The position numbers were made by a program, and so were the translations under genes. A stretch of 64,000 nucleotides of DNA from Mobula hypostoma (Eukaryota): positions 173,850,001-173,914,000 of the forward strand of contig NC_086097.1 in NCBI RefSeq assembly GCF_963921235.1, given 5' to 3'. Positions 37,150 to 50,771 of this stretch are shown here, piece by piece (positions within the stretch are counted from its first letter, which is position 1; every line of letters begins with the position of its first letter). The notes beneath the pieces were generated by a model. The model had not been told where the DNA came from. It saw only the letters and a list, made by a program, of their open reading frames with translations, and did no database searches.

Positions 37150-37385
37150 AAGATAAGCTGCAAATGCTAGGAATCTGAAGCATCACACAAAATGTTGAAG
37201 GAACCCAGCAGGTCAGGCAGCAGCTACGGAGAGAAAAGGATGAGTCTAACAAATGGTCTCCAACCAAAATGTTGACTTGTCAGTCCTGACAAGGCTCTCA
37301 AACAGAAATGTTGGCTATCCATTTCTTTCCATAGAGGCTGCCTGACCCATTGAATTCCACCAGCATTTTGAGTGTTGTCATTGCA
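37150..37385. mobile_element. Old Penelope-like terminal-repeat remnant, partly palindromic
   Basis: CAGCAGGTCAGGCAGC is followed by inverted GCTGCCTGACC, with a degenerate GTCCTGACAAGG...GAAATGTT core. Confidence 0.55.
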
Positions 37386-37399
37386 CATTTTGTGCAATT

Positions 37400-37600
37400 G
37401 TTGCCAAAGTACCTCTTCTAAAGGGGCTAAGGTAATACTCAAATGCATTGTGCTAGATCAGGGCAAGAGGCCAAATTTTCTACCCTACAGTACTTAAGTA
37501 AACCAGATGAGTTTTTACAGCATACCAGCTGTTTCATGGTCACCATCAGTGATTCCAGTTTTTATTTCAGATTAATATAATTTCCTGAATTTAACTTCAT
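37400..37600 (-). mobile_element. Ancient SINE fragment (same family as 54780-55120)
   Basis: AAACCAGATGAGTTTTTAC...TTTCATGGTCACC is the reverse complement of the CCATGAAAC...AAAACCATCTGG block at 54920-54960. Confidence 0.5.
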
Positions 37601-37816
37601 CAACTATAAATTTTGAACTATTTGATCAGCGAATGTTTAAAAACATTGGCTTTAGTTAGGGGATCAAGGGCTAGAACATAACCATTCCGCAACTATAACT
37701 TTCCAACTTAATCAATAACATCGACTTACAATGTCCTATAACCATCCATCAGTAATTTAGTCTGATTCACTGAAAAGTTGTTACCCCCATTTTAGAAAAC
37801 CCTCTTAAAAGCATAC

Positions 37817-37998
37817 CTTAATAACTGATGGAATTTTAGAGTTGAGGTTGTCGTAAGTGAAGTGCAACCTCGTACAGAAGGAACACTTGTAGAGCAAAGG
37901 ATCCTGGTAAAACTCAATCTTTCCACTTGCATTTCGCTTGTCCAGACAAACCGTACAATCGGTAAAGTTGATCACCTTCCTCAATACCAATTCTGGAG
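37817..37998 (-). CDS. VPS13B: VPS13B internal coding exon (equivalent to human exon 6), 182 bp
   Basis: The AG acceptor is at 37999-38000 and the GTATG donor at 37812-37816. It translates as (A)PELVLRKVINFTDCTVCLDKRNASGKIEFYQDPLLYKCSFCTRLHFTYDNLNSKIPSVIK and is in frame with both neighbouring exons. Confidence 0.97.
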
Positions 37999-38785
37999 CT
38001 AAATGAAGACAGTAAACAGTGCACAATTGGCCAAAATAGAAATTTGACACATTCAATGTGAACATTTACATCTACTGTGTGTATCATTTTAAAATATCAC
38101 TGGAACATGTTGACAAGTCTTATTGAATAATTTAGGATAAATATTTTGTTGGAAAATATTTATTTTATTTAACACGATTTCAACATATCTGCTGGGTGAT
38201 TATAAAATCATTAACTAGAAATCTGACTACATTGATATTTTGACATTTTCATAGTCAAATAATTTAAAATACACTAAATATACCAAGTATAATTATTTAA
38301 AAAGTAAAACATTCCATATTTTACAAAAACTTTATTGAATGTATCTGATAAATTCCGTCTATTATGATGTTTGTTATGGGTCGTATTTCGTAAGTAGGAG
38401 GTAAGAGGAAGAAAATGAATGTGAAACAATAAGAGAAAAAACACAAAAGAAAGCCAGAAATTAAATAAGCAGAATCCACACAACTATTTAGCCCCGAGAA
38501 CAAAATCTCATTTGCAAGTGGCTTAAAAGCTGAACAGATAAATTAACAGAGGGATATATAGGAAAATATGTAAATTACCATAAGAATTGCAGAATGTAAA
38601 AAAAATTCATCTAAAAAAATGATGAAAACATCCTGTCTATCCATATCTCTCAAGCCTCTTGCTGTTCCACAACTATTAGGCATTAAGAAGTTATATTCTC
38701 TGCCAAAACGATAATTGATTATAAGCTTTTGGCTGCTTTAAAATACAACATTTGCTTTGCAAAAATGGAATTGATTAAAATTTGC

Positions 38786-39196
38786 AATTTTAAGTAATAG
38801 AGTTCATCTTGAAACAACTTGAGCAAAAATTACTAAACACTAAATTACTGCCCAGAATCAAAGACTATTCCAATAGTCGAAGCATGTGAACAACTGCATT
38901 ATTGAATATATCAGCCAGCAACTTACAGTAAGGATTAGCTTCTCCGATTTCTGCATCATCACAAATTGTTGTGCAATTTACATTCCTCTAAACATAAATG
39001 CTAAAAGGGTAGTTTGTGGAGGAGTGGGGCACACTTAAGACAATAATGGAAGCCTGCACATGAATGCTGAGAGCACTGTTAAAGTACTAAATGGGGGCAT
39101 AATTACTAAACGCTAAATTACTGATTCTGGGCAGTAATTTAGTATCCAGTAATTTCTGCTCAAGTTGTTTCAAGATGGACATGATTATTTAAAATT
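38786..39196. mobile_element. MITE-like element with about 75-bp terminal inverted repeats
   Basis: 38786-38860 (...CATCTTGAAACAACTTGAGCAAAAATTACTAAACACTAAATTACTGCCCAGAATCA) is the near-perfect reverse complement of 39122-39196. Confidence 0.8.
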
Positions 39197-39569
39197 AAAG
39201 AGGGTGTTTCCAAGTAATAGTGAAGGAGATGACTGAGACATTGGTTTCATTAAAGAACTGATTACATGGATGTATTAGAAAAATTGGCTGAACTTAAAGT
39301 ACAAAGTTACTCGGACTAAATGGGGTGCATCCCTTGGATATGAGAGAAGAAGGTATGGGTTCAAAAAAGGGAGCGGGGATAATTGCACCAACTACCAACC
39401 ACTCAATTTAACCTCAGTAGTAAGAAAGCTTATAAAAACATTTACCCAGTCCAGAATTAATAGTCACCTGAAGGAACAGTATTAATTAAGGCAAGCCAGT
39501 ATGGATTTATTTCAGGGAAAATCATGTTTAACCAATGCGATAGATTTTTTGTACAAGATACAAGTAAGA

Positions 39570-40610
39570 TTTCAAAGTTCAAAGTAGAATATATTATCAG
39601 AGTGCATGTATGTCACTGCCAGGCATACTCAGAAAATCTATAGAACACTGACTGTAACAGGATCAATGACAGAGGAAGAGCATAGAAGGCAACAAACTGA
39701 GCATATGCAAATATAAATAAATAGCAATAAATAACAAGAGCATGAAATAACAAGATAAAAAAGTCCTTAAAGTGAGGTCACTAGTTGTGGGAACACCAAA
39801 AATAGAATGAGTGTAGTTATCCTCTTCTGTTCAAGAGCCTGATGGCTGAGGGGTAGTAACTGTTCTTGAACCTGGTGGTGTGAATCCTGAGGCACTTGTA
39901 CCTTCTACCTGATGGCATGGCCTGGGTGGTGAGGATCTTGGATGATGGATGCTGCTTTTCTACAACAGCATTTCATATAGTTCAATGGTTAGGATGGCTT
40001 TACCAATGATGCGCTGGGCCAAATCCACTACCTTTTGTAGAATTTTCTGCTCAATGGTGTTGGTGTTTCCATACCAGGCCATAATGCAGCCAGTTAATAC
40101 ACTTTTCACGACACATCCATGGCAGTTTGTCAAGCTCGTCGATGACATGCCAAATCTCCGTAGACTCCTAAGGAAGTGGAGAGACTGTCGTGCTTTCTTT
40201 GCAATGACATTTATATGATGGATCCAGGACAGGTCCTCTGAGATAGTAACACCCAGGAATTTAAAATTACTGTCGCTTTCTACCTCTGATCCACCGATGC
40301 GTACAGGCTCGTGGGCCTCTGGTTTCCCTCTCCTGAAGTCTACAATCAGTTCCTTGGTCTTGCTGACATTGAGAGGTTGTTGTTATTACACCACTCAGTC
40401 AAAACTTCACTCTCCCCCCTGTATGTTGATTCATCACCACCTTTGACATGGCCCACAACAATGCTGTCATCAGTGAACTTAAATTTGTTGTTGGAGCTGC
40501 ACTTAGCCACACAGTTATAGGTGTAAAATGAATAGAGTAGGGACTCAGCACACAACCCTTTGTTGCCCTTGGGCTGACGGAGATTGCGGTGGAGATGTTT
40601 TTGCCAATTG
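39570..40610 (-). mobile_element. Rex1/Babar LINE fragment inserted in a degenerate + strand CR1 (39200-40910)
   Basis: Motifs: VVKSVLTGCIMAWYG and FKFTDDSIVVG. The tail TTCAAAGTTCAAAGT is at about 39570, and CR1 remnants flank both sides. Confidence 0.8.
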
Positions 40611-41710
40611 GAAGGTCATGCAGTTGATGTCATGCAGATGTACTTCCAGAAGGCTTTTGATAAGGGGCCATATTATAGCCTCATCAACAAAGAAGATGGT
40701 GATAGATTACAGGACAATACAGAAGCTGGTGAAATAAGCAGATACATGCCAGAAGAAGTTTAAAGCAGTAAAATGTGAGGTAATGCAACTTGGAAGGAAG
40801 TATTAGGACAAACAATATAGAATAAAGGGACAGTTCTAAAAGGGGCGCAGGCGCAAGGTGACCTGGGGATCAGTGTGCACAAATCATTGCAAGTTGCAGG
40901 TTGGGGAAAACGTTTTCTTTGCGCTTACCTAGAGTTACAGATCAAGAATAACCTGCAATGGCTTCTGACTGTAATGATGTATCATTATCTCTTAAGCACA
41001 ATCAAAGATCTATCATTGGTCTAATCTTATATCACATTAGCAATCTGCCCCATGCCAAAATAATGGAAAAAAATTCCAATTTGTCCATGTATGATGACTT
41101 TTCCCATCTCCATTTTATTTTGCATATTATTTTAAACTGCTGCCCACATTCAAACTCACATCAAATGTCAATTGCATTGATCTGCTTCGGTTCACAGTTC
41201 AACAATTTATCAATTTTATAATTCTTTTTGGATTCAGATGGAAGACTGGAGGAAGACTGGAAGAACACTGGAATAGTAAAGTATTAGGCTGATAAATACA
41301 AGGCTAGGTTTTCAGTACTTGGTGAAAAGGAAAGGTTGTAAGGTAGGGAAGGGTTGAAAATAAATGTTTCAGTCACAGTTTTCAAGGAGAGAAATGGAAT
41401 CATCTTAGAAACTCTGCTCCGTCACATCACTCCTTCAATTGTAAAACTCTCTTAGGTCTTTTGGTCAATTAATTCTGGCATTTTGCAGATACCAACCCCC
41501 CCCCCCAACAACAAATTTTAATTACTTGAGCCAGGTGGCCTTGACTATCCAAATATCTGGTCCCTCCCAAAGCAACTCCACCCTATCTATAAGTTATTAG
41601 AAGGTATTATAAAGAATTTACAATTATCTTGCTTCATTAAAAATGTCGTGTATGGTTTGAATATTTACCCTTACATAAGCATAAATAAGGGAATTATCTT
41701 TTTCACTCAC

Positions 41711-41878
41711 CTAAGATATCCATGAAGGCGCGATCCCAAAACTCATCCACTGTGTAACATTCTGCTGATGTAATGTTGACCGACAAAACAATGTCATCCT
41801 CCACGTACTTCAAGATGAGGTTGTTTACTACAATGTTTACATTGTTAACAACACGTCTAATCAGACTCTGCACATAAC
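41711..41878 (-). CDS. VPS13B: VPS13B internal coding exon (equivalent to human exon 5), 168 bp
   Basis: The AG acceptor is at 41879-41880 and the GTGAGT donor at 41705-41710. It translates as (G)YVQSLIRRVVNNVNIVVNNLILKYVEDDIVLSVNITSAECYTVDEFWDRAFMDIL, near-identical to the recalled VPS13B N-terminal region. Confidence 0.97.
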
Positions 41879-42027
41879 CTGTATCAGGGTGAACGAGGAA
41901 GGCACAATTAATATTACTGTGTTTTTGTAACAAAGAGAAAGTCTATTGTGCTTGATTCCTATTGAACTGACAATGTAGCACAGGGCTATTTAATGCAAGT
42001 TAAGTACTTTCAATAATACTTTTTGTG

Positions 42028-42319
42028 GTGCCATTGTAGCATTGTGGTTAGCACAACACTATTATAGATCAGGGTGTTCCAGAGTTCAGAATTCAGTTCT
42101 GGTGCCATCTGTAAGGAGTTGGTATGTTCTCCCCATGAATGCGTGGGTTTCCATTACATGCTCTGGTTTCCTCTCACAGCCCAAGATATGCCGGAGAGTA
42201 GGTTAATTGGTCATTGTGAATTGTCCTGTGATTAAGCTAGGGTTAAATAGGTGGGTTGCTGGTGTTGCAGCTCATTGGATTAGAAAGGCCGATTCCATGC
42301 TGAATCTCTAAATAAATAA
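42028..42319 (+). mobile_element. V-SINE (HE1-like) with CR1-type tail
   Basis: It has a tRNA-like head (TAGCATTGTGGTTAGC) and a V-domain-like block (TCTGTAAGGAGTTGGTATGTTCTCCCC..TGCGTGGGTTTCC..TGCTCTGGTTTCCTC..GGTTAATTGGTCATTG). The tail is (TAAA)n. Confidence 0.75.
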
Positions 42320-45010
42320 CGATGCTGTCAACTTTCAGCTTCTTTTTCTTACCTTGTTAAGGATGATCAAAAACAACAAGTAATAAATGACCTGACAAAA
42401 TATTCCAGATTGTTATTCTTCCATTCAAATGGCTTCCACAATTCTCATATGCAGCATCCCACTCAGATTAAGATTCAAGACTTAAGTACATTTATTATCA
42501 AAGAATGTATAAATTATTGAACCTTGAGTTTGCTTGCTCACAGGTGGCCACAAAGCAAGAAACATGAAAGAACCCAATTAAAGACAAAAATAATAAAAAT
42601 AAAAGACCAACACTCGATTTGCAAGAGAAAAAACTGCATCAATTGAAGTAAACAGAAATTGTAAAGCAGTAAATAGTTGGTCAACACACCAATCACAATG
42701 AACTGTAAGTATTGAGGTATTAAAGATATCAATTCATTTTTTAATCCATAAATGAATTCCAATTAAAATAGAAATATAGTGTGTGCTGTTTAAATGAAAT
42801 ATAGAAAAGAGATAAACCAAGGGAAGCAACTGATAAATATTTAGGGAAAAATATTTAATTTCTAAACCTACACTTGGAATTTGCTTGCAGTTCACTTCTA
42901 ATTTCTTCCACTATGGCTGATAATTAATTATTCAGCTTGTTTTGTCAGAGAACAATTAAATTTGTTTGTAGATATTCCTGTATTGAAAATTATAAGTTTA
43001 CTTGACTATAAAAATTATCCATTTTCACAAACTATCTGCTTACAAATTCTGCTCAAGACAGGGAGAACTACTTAATTAAAATTGTTTAGCCAGCTTATGT
43101 ACAAATGGTTAAATTAGATACTGTATAACAACTTTCATTACTTTCAATATCTCCTCATGAAGTTTTGAAATGAATTTTGATCCCTTTAGTTCTTCTCCGA
43201 ATCCATACCCACCCCACTGCGAAAAAACAGTAAGCTAACATTTAACCTCCTGTTATTTTTATTTCTGGATCTAATTTGTAAAGGCCAGCATACTGGTGCT
43301 CCACAGTGCACTCTCTATTAAGCAGAGAGACTTGAGTTGTGTCAACAATTGACATAGTCAGCACCTGCATAACAGCCTACTGGGAAGAAACCTATTTAAA
43401 ATTGTTCAACCATATCTTAGCTGGAAAAACGAACTGCATTTGCATTCCCAGTGCATATTAAACAACATCATCTGCAAAATGCAGGAATGAAATATCATAA
43501 CATCCAAGAACTTTTTTCATCCCCTCACCAATAAACATATGGTGCTAAAAAGTTCTGTTGCGCTTAAGTATTTTTATGCCTATTGTAAGAATAGTTTCTT
43601 CCTTTTGCAGTAACAAGGAAATCAGAAAATCCCCATGGAAAGACCTGAGGAACTAAACTTATGGTAACTCTATCATTGAATGCTTTCCGTAATAAGAGTC
43701 TGTAACTAAGAGTTAACAGTTGACTGATCCCCCTGCAGAGGTAATAAAGATGAGACGGGCCATCCTCCAAGAGAACTGCAGCACATATGTGGCTATAGAC
43801 TGTAATGGTGAACATATGAGTTTATAAAGCATCAGTAATGAGTGATTGGTTTAATTTGGAACCAAGATGAGGAATCTCTTTAATTGGAGTCCTGACTGAT
43901 AGAAGACAACATGCTGAAATATATACTGCAAAGGATGCAAAGCAAATTTTTCTACTTAATGACTGCTTAAATGAGTATTGACAGTAGTGCAGAAGCTGTA
44001 GATGAATATGTACCAGCTTCATTTCCCATTTATGTCACCAGAAATGTGTACTTTCAACCACCCATTCTATATTGCCTCTTGTGAAAATCTTACCAGGAAG
44101 ATGTTAGGCCCTTTTGGTTCAGTTATTAAGATATTAACTAGCCACATATTTTAAGTGACAATATTTTTAATAGACTATTACACTGTTACATCAGAGACCA
44201 CGTGACTGATACATCCAAGCAAATGTCAGAACAGTACAGAAAGGTGAGGCTGTTGGTTTATTCTTTCTCTCGCATAATATAATATCCTATAACCTGTACA
44301 CATACAAGATAGTAGGAATGACTAGATGGATCAGAGAAATGTAGGGAGGTTTCAATTACATGTCTTCCCTCTAAATTCTTGTTCCCAGTAGTCCATAAGT
44401 AAATTGGAACAATCTAATGTAACACTTGAGCTTCAGAATCAGAATCAGACGTAGTATCACTGGCATATGTACAAAAATGTGTTATTTTGTGGAAACAGTA
44501 TATTGCAATGCATAACAATAAAAAAAGCTATAAATTACAAAAAGAAATATACATGAAAATAAATTAAATAAATAGTGCAAAAAGGGAACACACAAAAATA
44601 GTGAAGTAGTGTATATTTCATCATCCATTCAGAAATCTAAAGGCAGAGAAGAAGCTATTCTCACTCAAGTGAGTTTGACTTTTGTAATCACCTTGCACAC
44701 AAAGCGATTTCTCTCATTTACACGACTGCAAATAAAGCCAAATTCACAAATTCACTTGTGTTCTTAAAGCCAGGAAAAGTATATTAGAAAGTCAAGGGAA
44801 ACAAAACCTAAACACCACATCTGCACTGATGAATAGATCTCCTGAACACTGAAGGATAGCTAAACTAAACTTTAGTTCTTTAAAGTTTGTTAGAGAGCAT
44901 ATTTCTAAAAGAGACAAGAAATGAAAAATCTGACAGGCACTGGGAGCGGGGGTTGAAGTTGTTACAAGTAATAAAGCAATTTGAAAAAAATACTGTTTAA
45001 AAAGCACATA

Positions 45011-45081
45011 CAGTACTGCGCAAAAGTCTTAAGCACATATATATACATAGCTAGGGTGCCTAAGACATTTGTACAGTACTG
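45011..45081. mobile_element. 71-bp Tc1/mariner-type mini-MITE
   Basis: TA|CAGTACTGCGCAAAAGTCTTAAGCAC ... GTGCCTAAGACATTTGTACAGTACTG|TA: 26-bp imperfect TIRs with a TA TSD. Confidence 0.8.
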
Positions 45082-47299
45082 TATATTACTTAAGTACTCT
45101 TATACCTGTTTCCCAACCACCTTCCTATTTTAACCAATAAATAGTACTCAGCTATATACAGTATTTTAGGGAAAATGTAACAGCTTCAGATAGAGTGCTT
45201 GCTAAACAGATTTCCTTAAACTAATCCCAAAGATGAGAGACAGACTTGAGAAGTGGGGCTGTTCTGTTTGGAACAAAAGGGGTTATTATGGGATTGAACA
45301 TTGAACATCACATATGAAACAGATCCTTCAACCCATCAGGTCGTGCTGACCATGATTCTAATTCAAGGTGCCTGCACATGGTCTACATCCCAGCACCTAC
45401 CACTCTACGTAAAAATACGTGCTTTCCAAATCTCCTTAAACTCCCTCCCCATCTCAACTTTTAGCTTTGCCCTCCAGTGTCTGCATCAGTCTGGTGACCC
45501 TCATGGCATTCCTGTGAAGGTATATTCAACCATGTGTGGTGAACCTGATATTGATCTTGTCTCAGCATCAATTAAATTTAGCAAATCCTCACCACCAATC
45601 AAGTTTATTTGATACGAGGGCATCAGCATTAGTAAATCCAAATGAACTACTAAATTCTTCAATGCTGTTCACTGATGTTCATATAGATTTGAAAACTGAT
45701 CCAAAGAGCTAATTTATATTTATGCAGTCAATATGCTTCATGGCTTCATGTCAGGTGACATGTCATATCAATACAACCTAACTGTTCTGTTAACAAGCTA
45801 TGCCATTAAACCAGGATTAAAAAGTAACATAGTAAAATTGTTAAAAATTGCACCTAGTTCCTGGCTATAGCTATGGAAGTACTTACAGAGGAGGCAAATG
45901 TATTTCAGAAATATAATGGGAATTAAGGTCTGTATGGAACAGGCATAGAATAGTGTTCAGGGCCCACTCCTGATCCTATTTTCCTCTGCATCGAGTACTA
46001 TATAGTGTTATATGTCCATCTAAGAGGGCAGATAAGACTTTTGATTAATATCTTATACACAGTAAGTATCTGGAATACTATATTAGACTGCTAGCCAAGG
46101 TTAGACTTCAAGTTCTTAAGTGGTGTTGAACTCATAGCCTTTGCCTTAGCCAAAAATGCGCATAAAGTTAGGACTAAGAGCTATATAACCAATGTACCTC
46201 GTAGTACTTTCATTTTGATCTACGTAAATGTAGCTTTTTGGTAATTTCCTTTCACTCCATTGCACTATATATTTTGGTATCAGGAGAGATACAAAAAAAG
46301 GAAGATTTTTTTAAACTTTTCTATTCCTGAGCTAAACTGCTTCCTCTATGGTTTGATACATCAATAGATCAATTGATGACATTATCCTCAAAATAGTTTC
46401 CACTCATTGTTCTCATTTAATATATTTCACGCTTCAGTCTTTCCATTCATGATGAAGAAAAGTATTATATGTATTATGACTTTGGAGCTGAAAGCGTACA
46501 GCATCTTTAGATATGAGAATGCCTCTGCCATTTCATGCAACACTGAATAACACGTAAAAAAAATTAAAGGAAGCTTTCCTTTAAAAAAAATCTAAATATT
46601 TGTAAACTTAAACCTTTTCTGTGAAGTTGTGAATACATCATATATTCAGGCTACAGTGTTCTCTTTCAGTACAAACAAAATACATCACAAAAGTAACATT
46701 ACATACAACAGTAGCACTTCAACTCAAATCCATAGTTATTTTTCATGCAATTTGATACTCTGAAATGTAAAAAGGTAAATCTAGCTATAGCAGGGCATCC
46801 ATAATTATCTGTCATTAATAAGGTTTTCCCTTATATGTTTAGATTTATAATGTTTTTTTGTATTGAAAACTACAGCAAGTGCAGACTGGTATTGGCAAAC
46901 AACAAGAAAATAAAATCTGAAACCCAAGTAAACAGGGTCAGTTGTGTATTACTTTAATTGATAGATAAAATAAAGATTAGCTTTATTTGTCACATGTATG
47001 TTGAAACATACAGTGGAATTTGTCGTTTTACATCAACAGCTAACACAGTTGTAGGCTTGGGATGGGGCAGCCTGCAAGTGTCACCATGCTTCCAGCGCCA
47101 ACACAGAATGCCCACAACTCACTACAACATGCCCTACATAAGAAGACAAACAAAATGGTTGATGCTGGGATATAGAATTCTCTTGATTTTTCATCATTTC
47201 TAATTACTGCTTGGACTTCTCAACTCTGCTCAGCCATTCCAACCTCACCGGCTTCAAGTATGCAGCATTCTGCTCACATCAGACGAATCCTGACAGTTC

Positions 47300-47760
47300 T
47301 GGTCTCCACATTTCAGGAAGGATGGAGAAGCTTTGAAGAGAGTGCAGAAGAGGCTGTTGCCTGCATGAGCAAATATTAGTTACATGGAGATTGGACAAAT
47401 TTGCATCATCTTGTATGGAATGTCAGAGGCTGGGGGGGGGGGGGATCTGATAGAAGTTTATAAAATTGTAAGGGGAATAAACAGAGAAGACAGAGTTCTT
47501 TCCCCACAATAGAGATATGAAATATTAGAGGGTGTAGCTTTGAACTGAGAGGGGAGAAGGTTTAATCTTCGATTTATGTGGCATTTTTTTTATATAGAAA
47601 GCAGCAATGCAATGGAAACATTTGAAAAGTATTTAGACAGACACATGAACAGCCAAGGAAATAGAAGGTAATAGACCACATGCAGGCAGATGGTTCTAGT
47701 GAAATTTGGCATTGCGAGCTGAAGGATCTGTCCCTATGCTATACTGAGAATTATGCTCTA
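47300..47760 (+). mobile_element. Degenerate CR1 3' fragment
   Basis: QFWSPHFRKD and GDLIEVYKIVRG remnants. Confidence 0.7.
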
Positions 47761-47919
47761 TGGCTTCAAACCACCAGATAAGGAGGAATACGGTTATCTG
47801 TTGCACTGATCTTTACCCTGAAGAAGACTGATGCCAGCTTTCTGACACCTCCATATACCTCCCTCTGGATTATGACCCCACAAATGAACTCCAGCATTTC
47901 CCAGACTGTTACAGATCTT

Positions 47920-48450
47920 ATTGCCCCATTATAAAAAGGATATTGAAACTTTGGAGGGAGTGCAGAAGAGATTTACTAAGATGCTGCTGAGATTAGAAGG
48001 AACATACAATAACCAGAGGTCAGGCAAACTTGAGTTGTTTTCTCTGCAGCAGCAGAGGCAGAGGGGAGATCTGATAGAGGTTTATAAAATTATGAGAGGG
48101 ATAGCTAAAAGGAGACAGACAGTATATTTTTCTCAGGGTTAAAATGTCTAATACCAGAGGGCATACATTTAAGGTGAGAAGGGGTTATTTCAAAGGAGAT
48201 ACGATGGGGAAATTTGTTTTTTTTATATAAATGCAAAGAGTGGTGGGTGCCTGGAATGCACTGCCTGGGGTGGTGGTAGAAACAGATATTAAGGACTTTT
48301 AAGAGACATTTAGGTAGACACATGAATGTGAGGAAAATTGTGCAGGCAGAAGAGATTAGGTTAGTTGGCCATTTGATGATTAATTTAATTGATTCAGCAC
48401 AACATTGTGGGCCAAAGGGCATGTTCCTGTGGTGTACTGCTATATATTCT
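47920..48450 (+). mobile_element. CR1 3' fragment nested in an old PLE
   Basis: PHYKKDIETLEGVQKRFTKML...RGDLIEVYKIMRG. Confidence 0.82.
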
Positions 48451-49426
48451 AATTAGAATATTCTGTCTCTTATCCAAGTGCAATAAACTGCACTGGTGGG
48501 CCCATTGTTTCTACCTGCTCTTGCCCCAGTGAACTTATTTCCATATACCTAGACTCTGTACTGTTTCCCCTGTCCCCTCCCACTTACATCTCATGCCCTC
48601 GCTCATTTCTATAACACATTTCTTCTATTTCTTGCACATCAGTTCTAAACATCCACCCTTCCCCAACTCCTCAGGTAGGAGTGTAATAGAATTCCCTTAG
48701 TCCTCACCTATCCCACTAACCTTTGCATCTAACACATCACCTTCCATCATGTCCACCAGCTCCAACACAGCCCCCCACCTGCCACAGCTTTCTTCTCTTC
48801 CACTTTCTGCCATTCACAAGGACTGTTTCCTTCAGGACTCCCTGATCCAGTCATCCCTCCCCATCCAGAATCAGAATCTGATGTATGTTATGAATTTTTT
48901 TCCTAGCAGAAGTACAGTGCAATAAATAAAAATTACTATAAATTACAATAAGAATATATTGCAAAGCAAATTGTGCAAAATAGTGAGGTAATGTTCATGA
49001 CATCATAAACCATTCAAAAAAATCTGATGGCAGAGGGCAAGAAGCTGTTCCTAAAATATTGAGTATGTGTCTTCAGGTTCCTCTACCTCCTCCTTGCTTG
49101 TAGCAATGAGAAGAGGGCACGTCCTGGATGGTGAGGGTCCTTTATGATGGATGCCGCTTTCTTGAGGCATCGCCTTTCGAAGATGTCCTCTATGCTGAGG
49201 AGGTTAGTGCCCATAATGGAGCTGGCTGAGTTAACAACCCTGTGCAACTTTTTCGATTTGTGCTCCTCGATACCAGATGGTGATACAACCAACCAGAATG
49301 TTCTCTATGGTGCAGCTGTAGAAATGTTCGAGTCTTTGGCAGCATGCAAATCTCCTCAAATTCTTAAAGAAATAAAGCTGCTGGCATGCTTTCTTTGTAA
49401 TTACATCAGTATGTTGGGCTCAGGAG

Positions 49427-50771
49427 CAATGTTCCCTCTAATTTTTAGTAGTCAGTGTGCGCAAAAATCTTATGGTGTGCAAATTTTTTTCCTGTGACAA
49501 AAGTATGTGCGCACTGGATGCACACATGGCACAGTTTATGTAGGTTTACAAAATATTTGACATAAAACTGCACAGAATAACAACGAAGTAACATACATAT
49601 TTAAGTCACTCAGTTACTTTTTTCTCTCTCCTGTCTTTGGCATTTACCCATTCTTTGTAAACTCGATCTAGACCAACAGAACTTCCATCCAATTGATAGC
49701 TTTTGATTCTCATTAACATATCCAAATGACATTCACCTAAACGGTTTCTCAGCTTGTTTTTGAATTGATTCGTTAGGCTAAAACCTCGCTCACAGTCCGC
49801 ACTAGACGCAAGAAAGGTTCCTCCAATGTCCATCCACTGTGCAAGGTTGCAAAACGGTTCATTTTGAAGTACAAATGCCACCATTTGAGCAAAGTTCGAA
49901 ATCAGTTTGAATTTAATTTTTTCTTGCACGGAAAATTTGAAATCATTAAACTGTCTAACTATTACAGTATTTTCAGTTAGAAAATCATGATATTTTAGAC
50001 ATAAGGCATTAACTTGTTCGCCGCCAAATGTGAAGTCACAATCCGTAATTGCGGAGAAATCAAAAGCTGACCATTCTTGTACCTCATCTTCAGGAAACCT
50101 TTCTTCTAAATGAACACAAAGACTATTTATAAAAGTCAACAGCGAATTTGTATCTACTGTGACATTTTCTTCACGTTGTTGGCTTAGCAAAACTTGAACT
50201 TTGTCACTCCACGAAACATTGTCTCCCAGATACTGCTTTCTTATCTTGTTAATTTTGCCTCACGCAAAATGAAGTGAATCAATCGGTGTCAGGCCACTCT
50301 TTTGCAGAATCTTGCAGTGCAGCCAGTTCATCAAAGACATCACTTAAAACCTGTAAAGCTGCTTTGTATGTGATGTTTATCAATTTCTTGTGACAGTATT
50401 TAGCCATAGGGTCACTTGACTGATCTTTTTCAATTAAAACTTAGTAAGCTATCTACAAGACTTGAAACAGATCTTTGTATCTTTACGATATGAACACTGT
50501 CCGCCAAAGGTGGCTGCTGCCGTGATGCAGCTGTATAAACTGGAACAGGAAAGGTGAGGTGACATAAATTAGTGACGTGCTTTGTGGTATTTGAAAAACC
50601 AACTAACGAGTTAACAGAAATATTTAGCTAAAAGATTATTTTTAATAAGTATAATTATTAATTACTACATTATTTTAGGTAACTAATCTTTTGTGCGCAC
50701 ATTAGTTTCCTTCGTGCGCTGGTTGAAAAACTTGTGCGTGTGCATACACGCACAGCTTAGTGGGAACGTAG
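49427..50771 (-). mobile_element. hAT DNA transposon, internally deleted, with 8-bp TSD
   Basis: The TSD CTCAGGAG is at 49419-49426 and 50772-50779. The 15-bp TIRs CAATGTTCCCTCTAA / TTAGTGGGAACGTAG match at 12 of 15 positions. ORF 49606-50190 has the hAT C-terminal dimerisation motif ASSADCERGFS...KNKLRNRL. Confidence 0.92.

Noticed and set aside
43250..43520. Repeat-free block as a conserved enhancer
   Set aside because: No motif enrichment strong enough to support this without cross-species alignment.
49606..50190. Domesticated hAT-derived gene (ZNF862-like)
   Set aside because: It is enclosed by TIRs and an 8-bp TSD, nested in a Rex1 LINE, and its upstream frame is broken and deleted.
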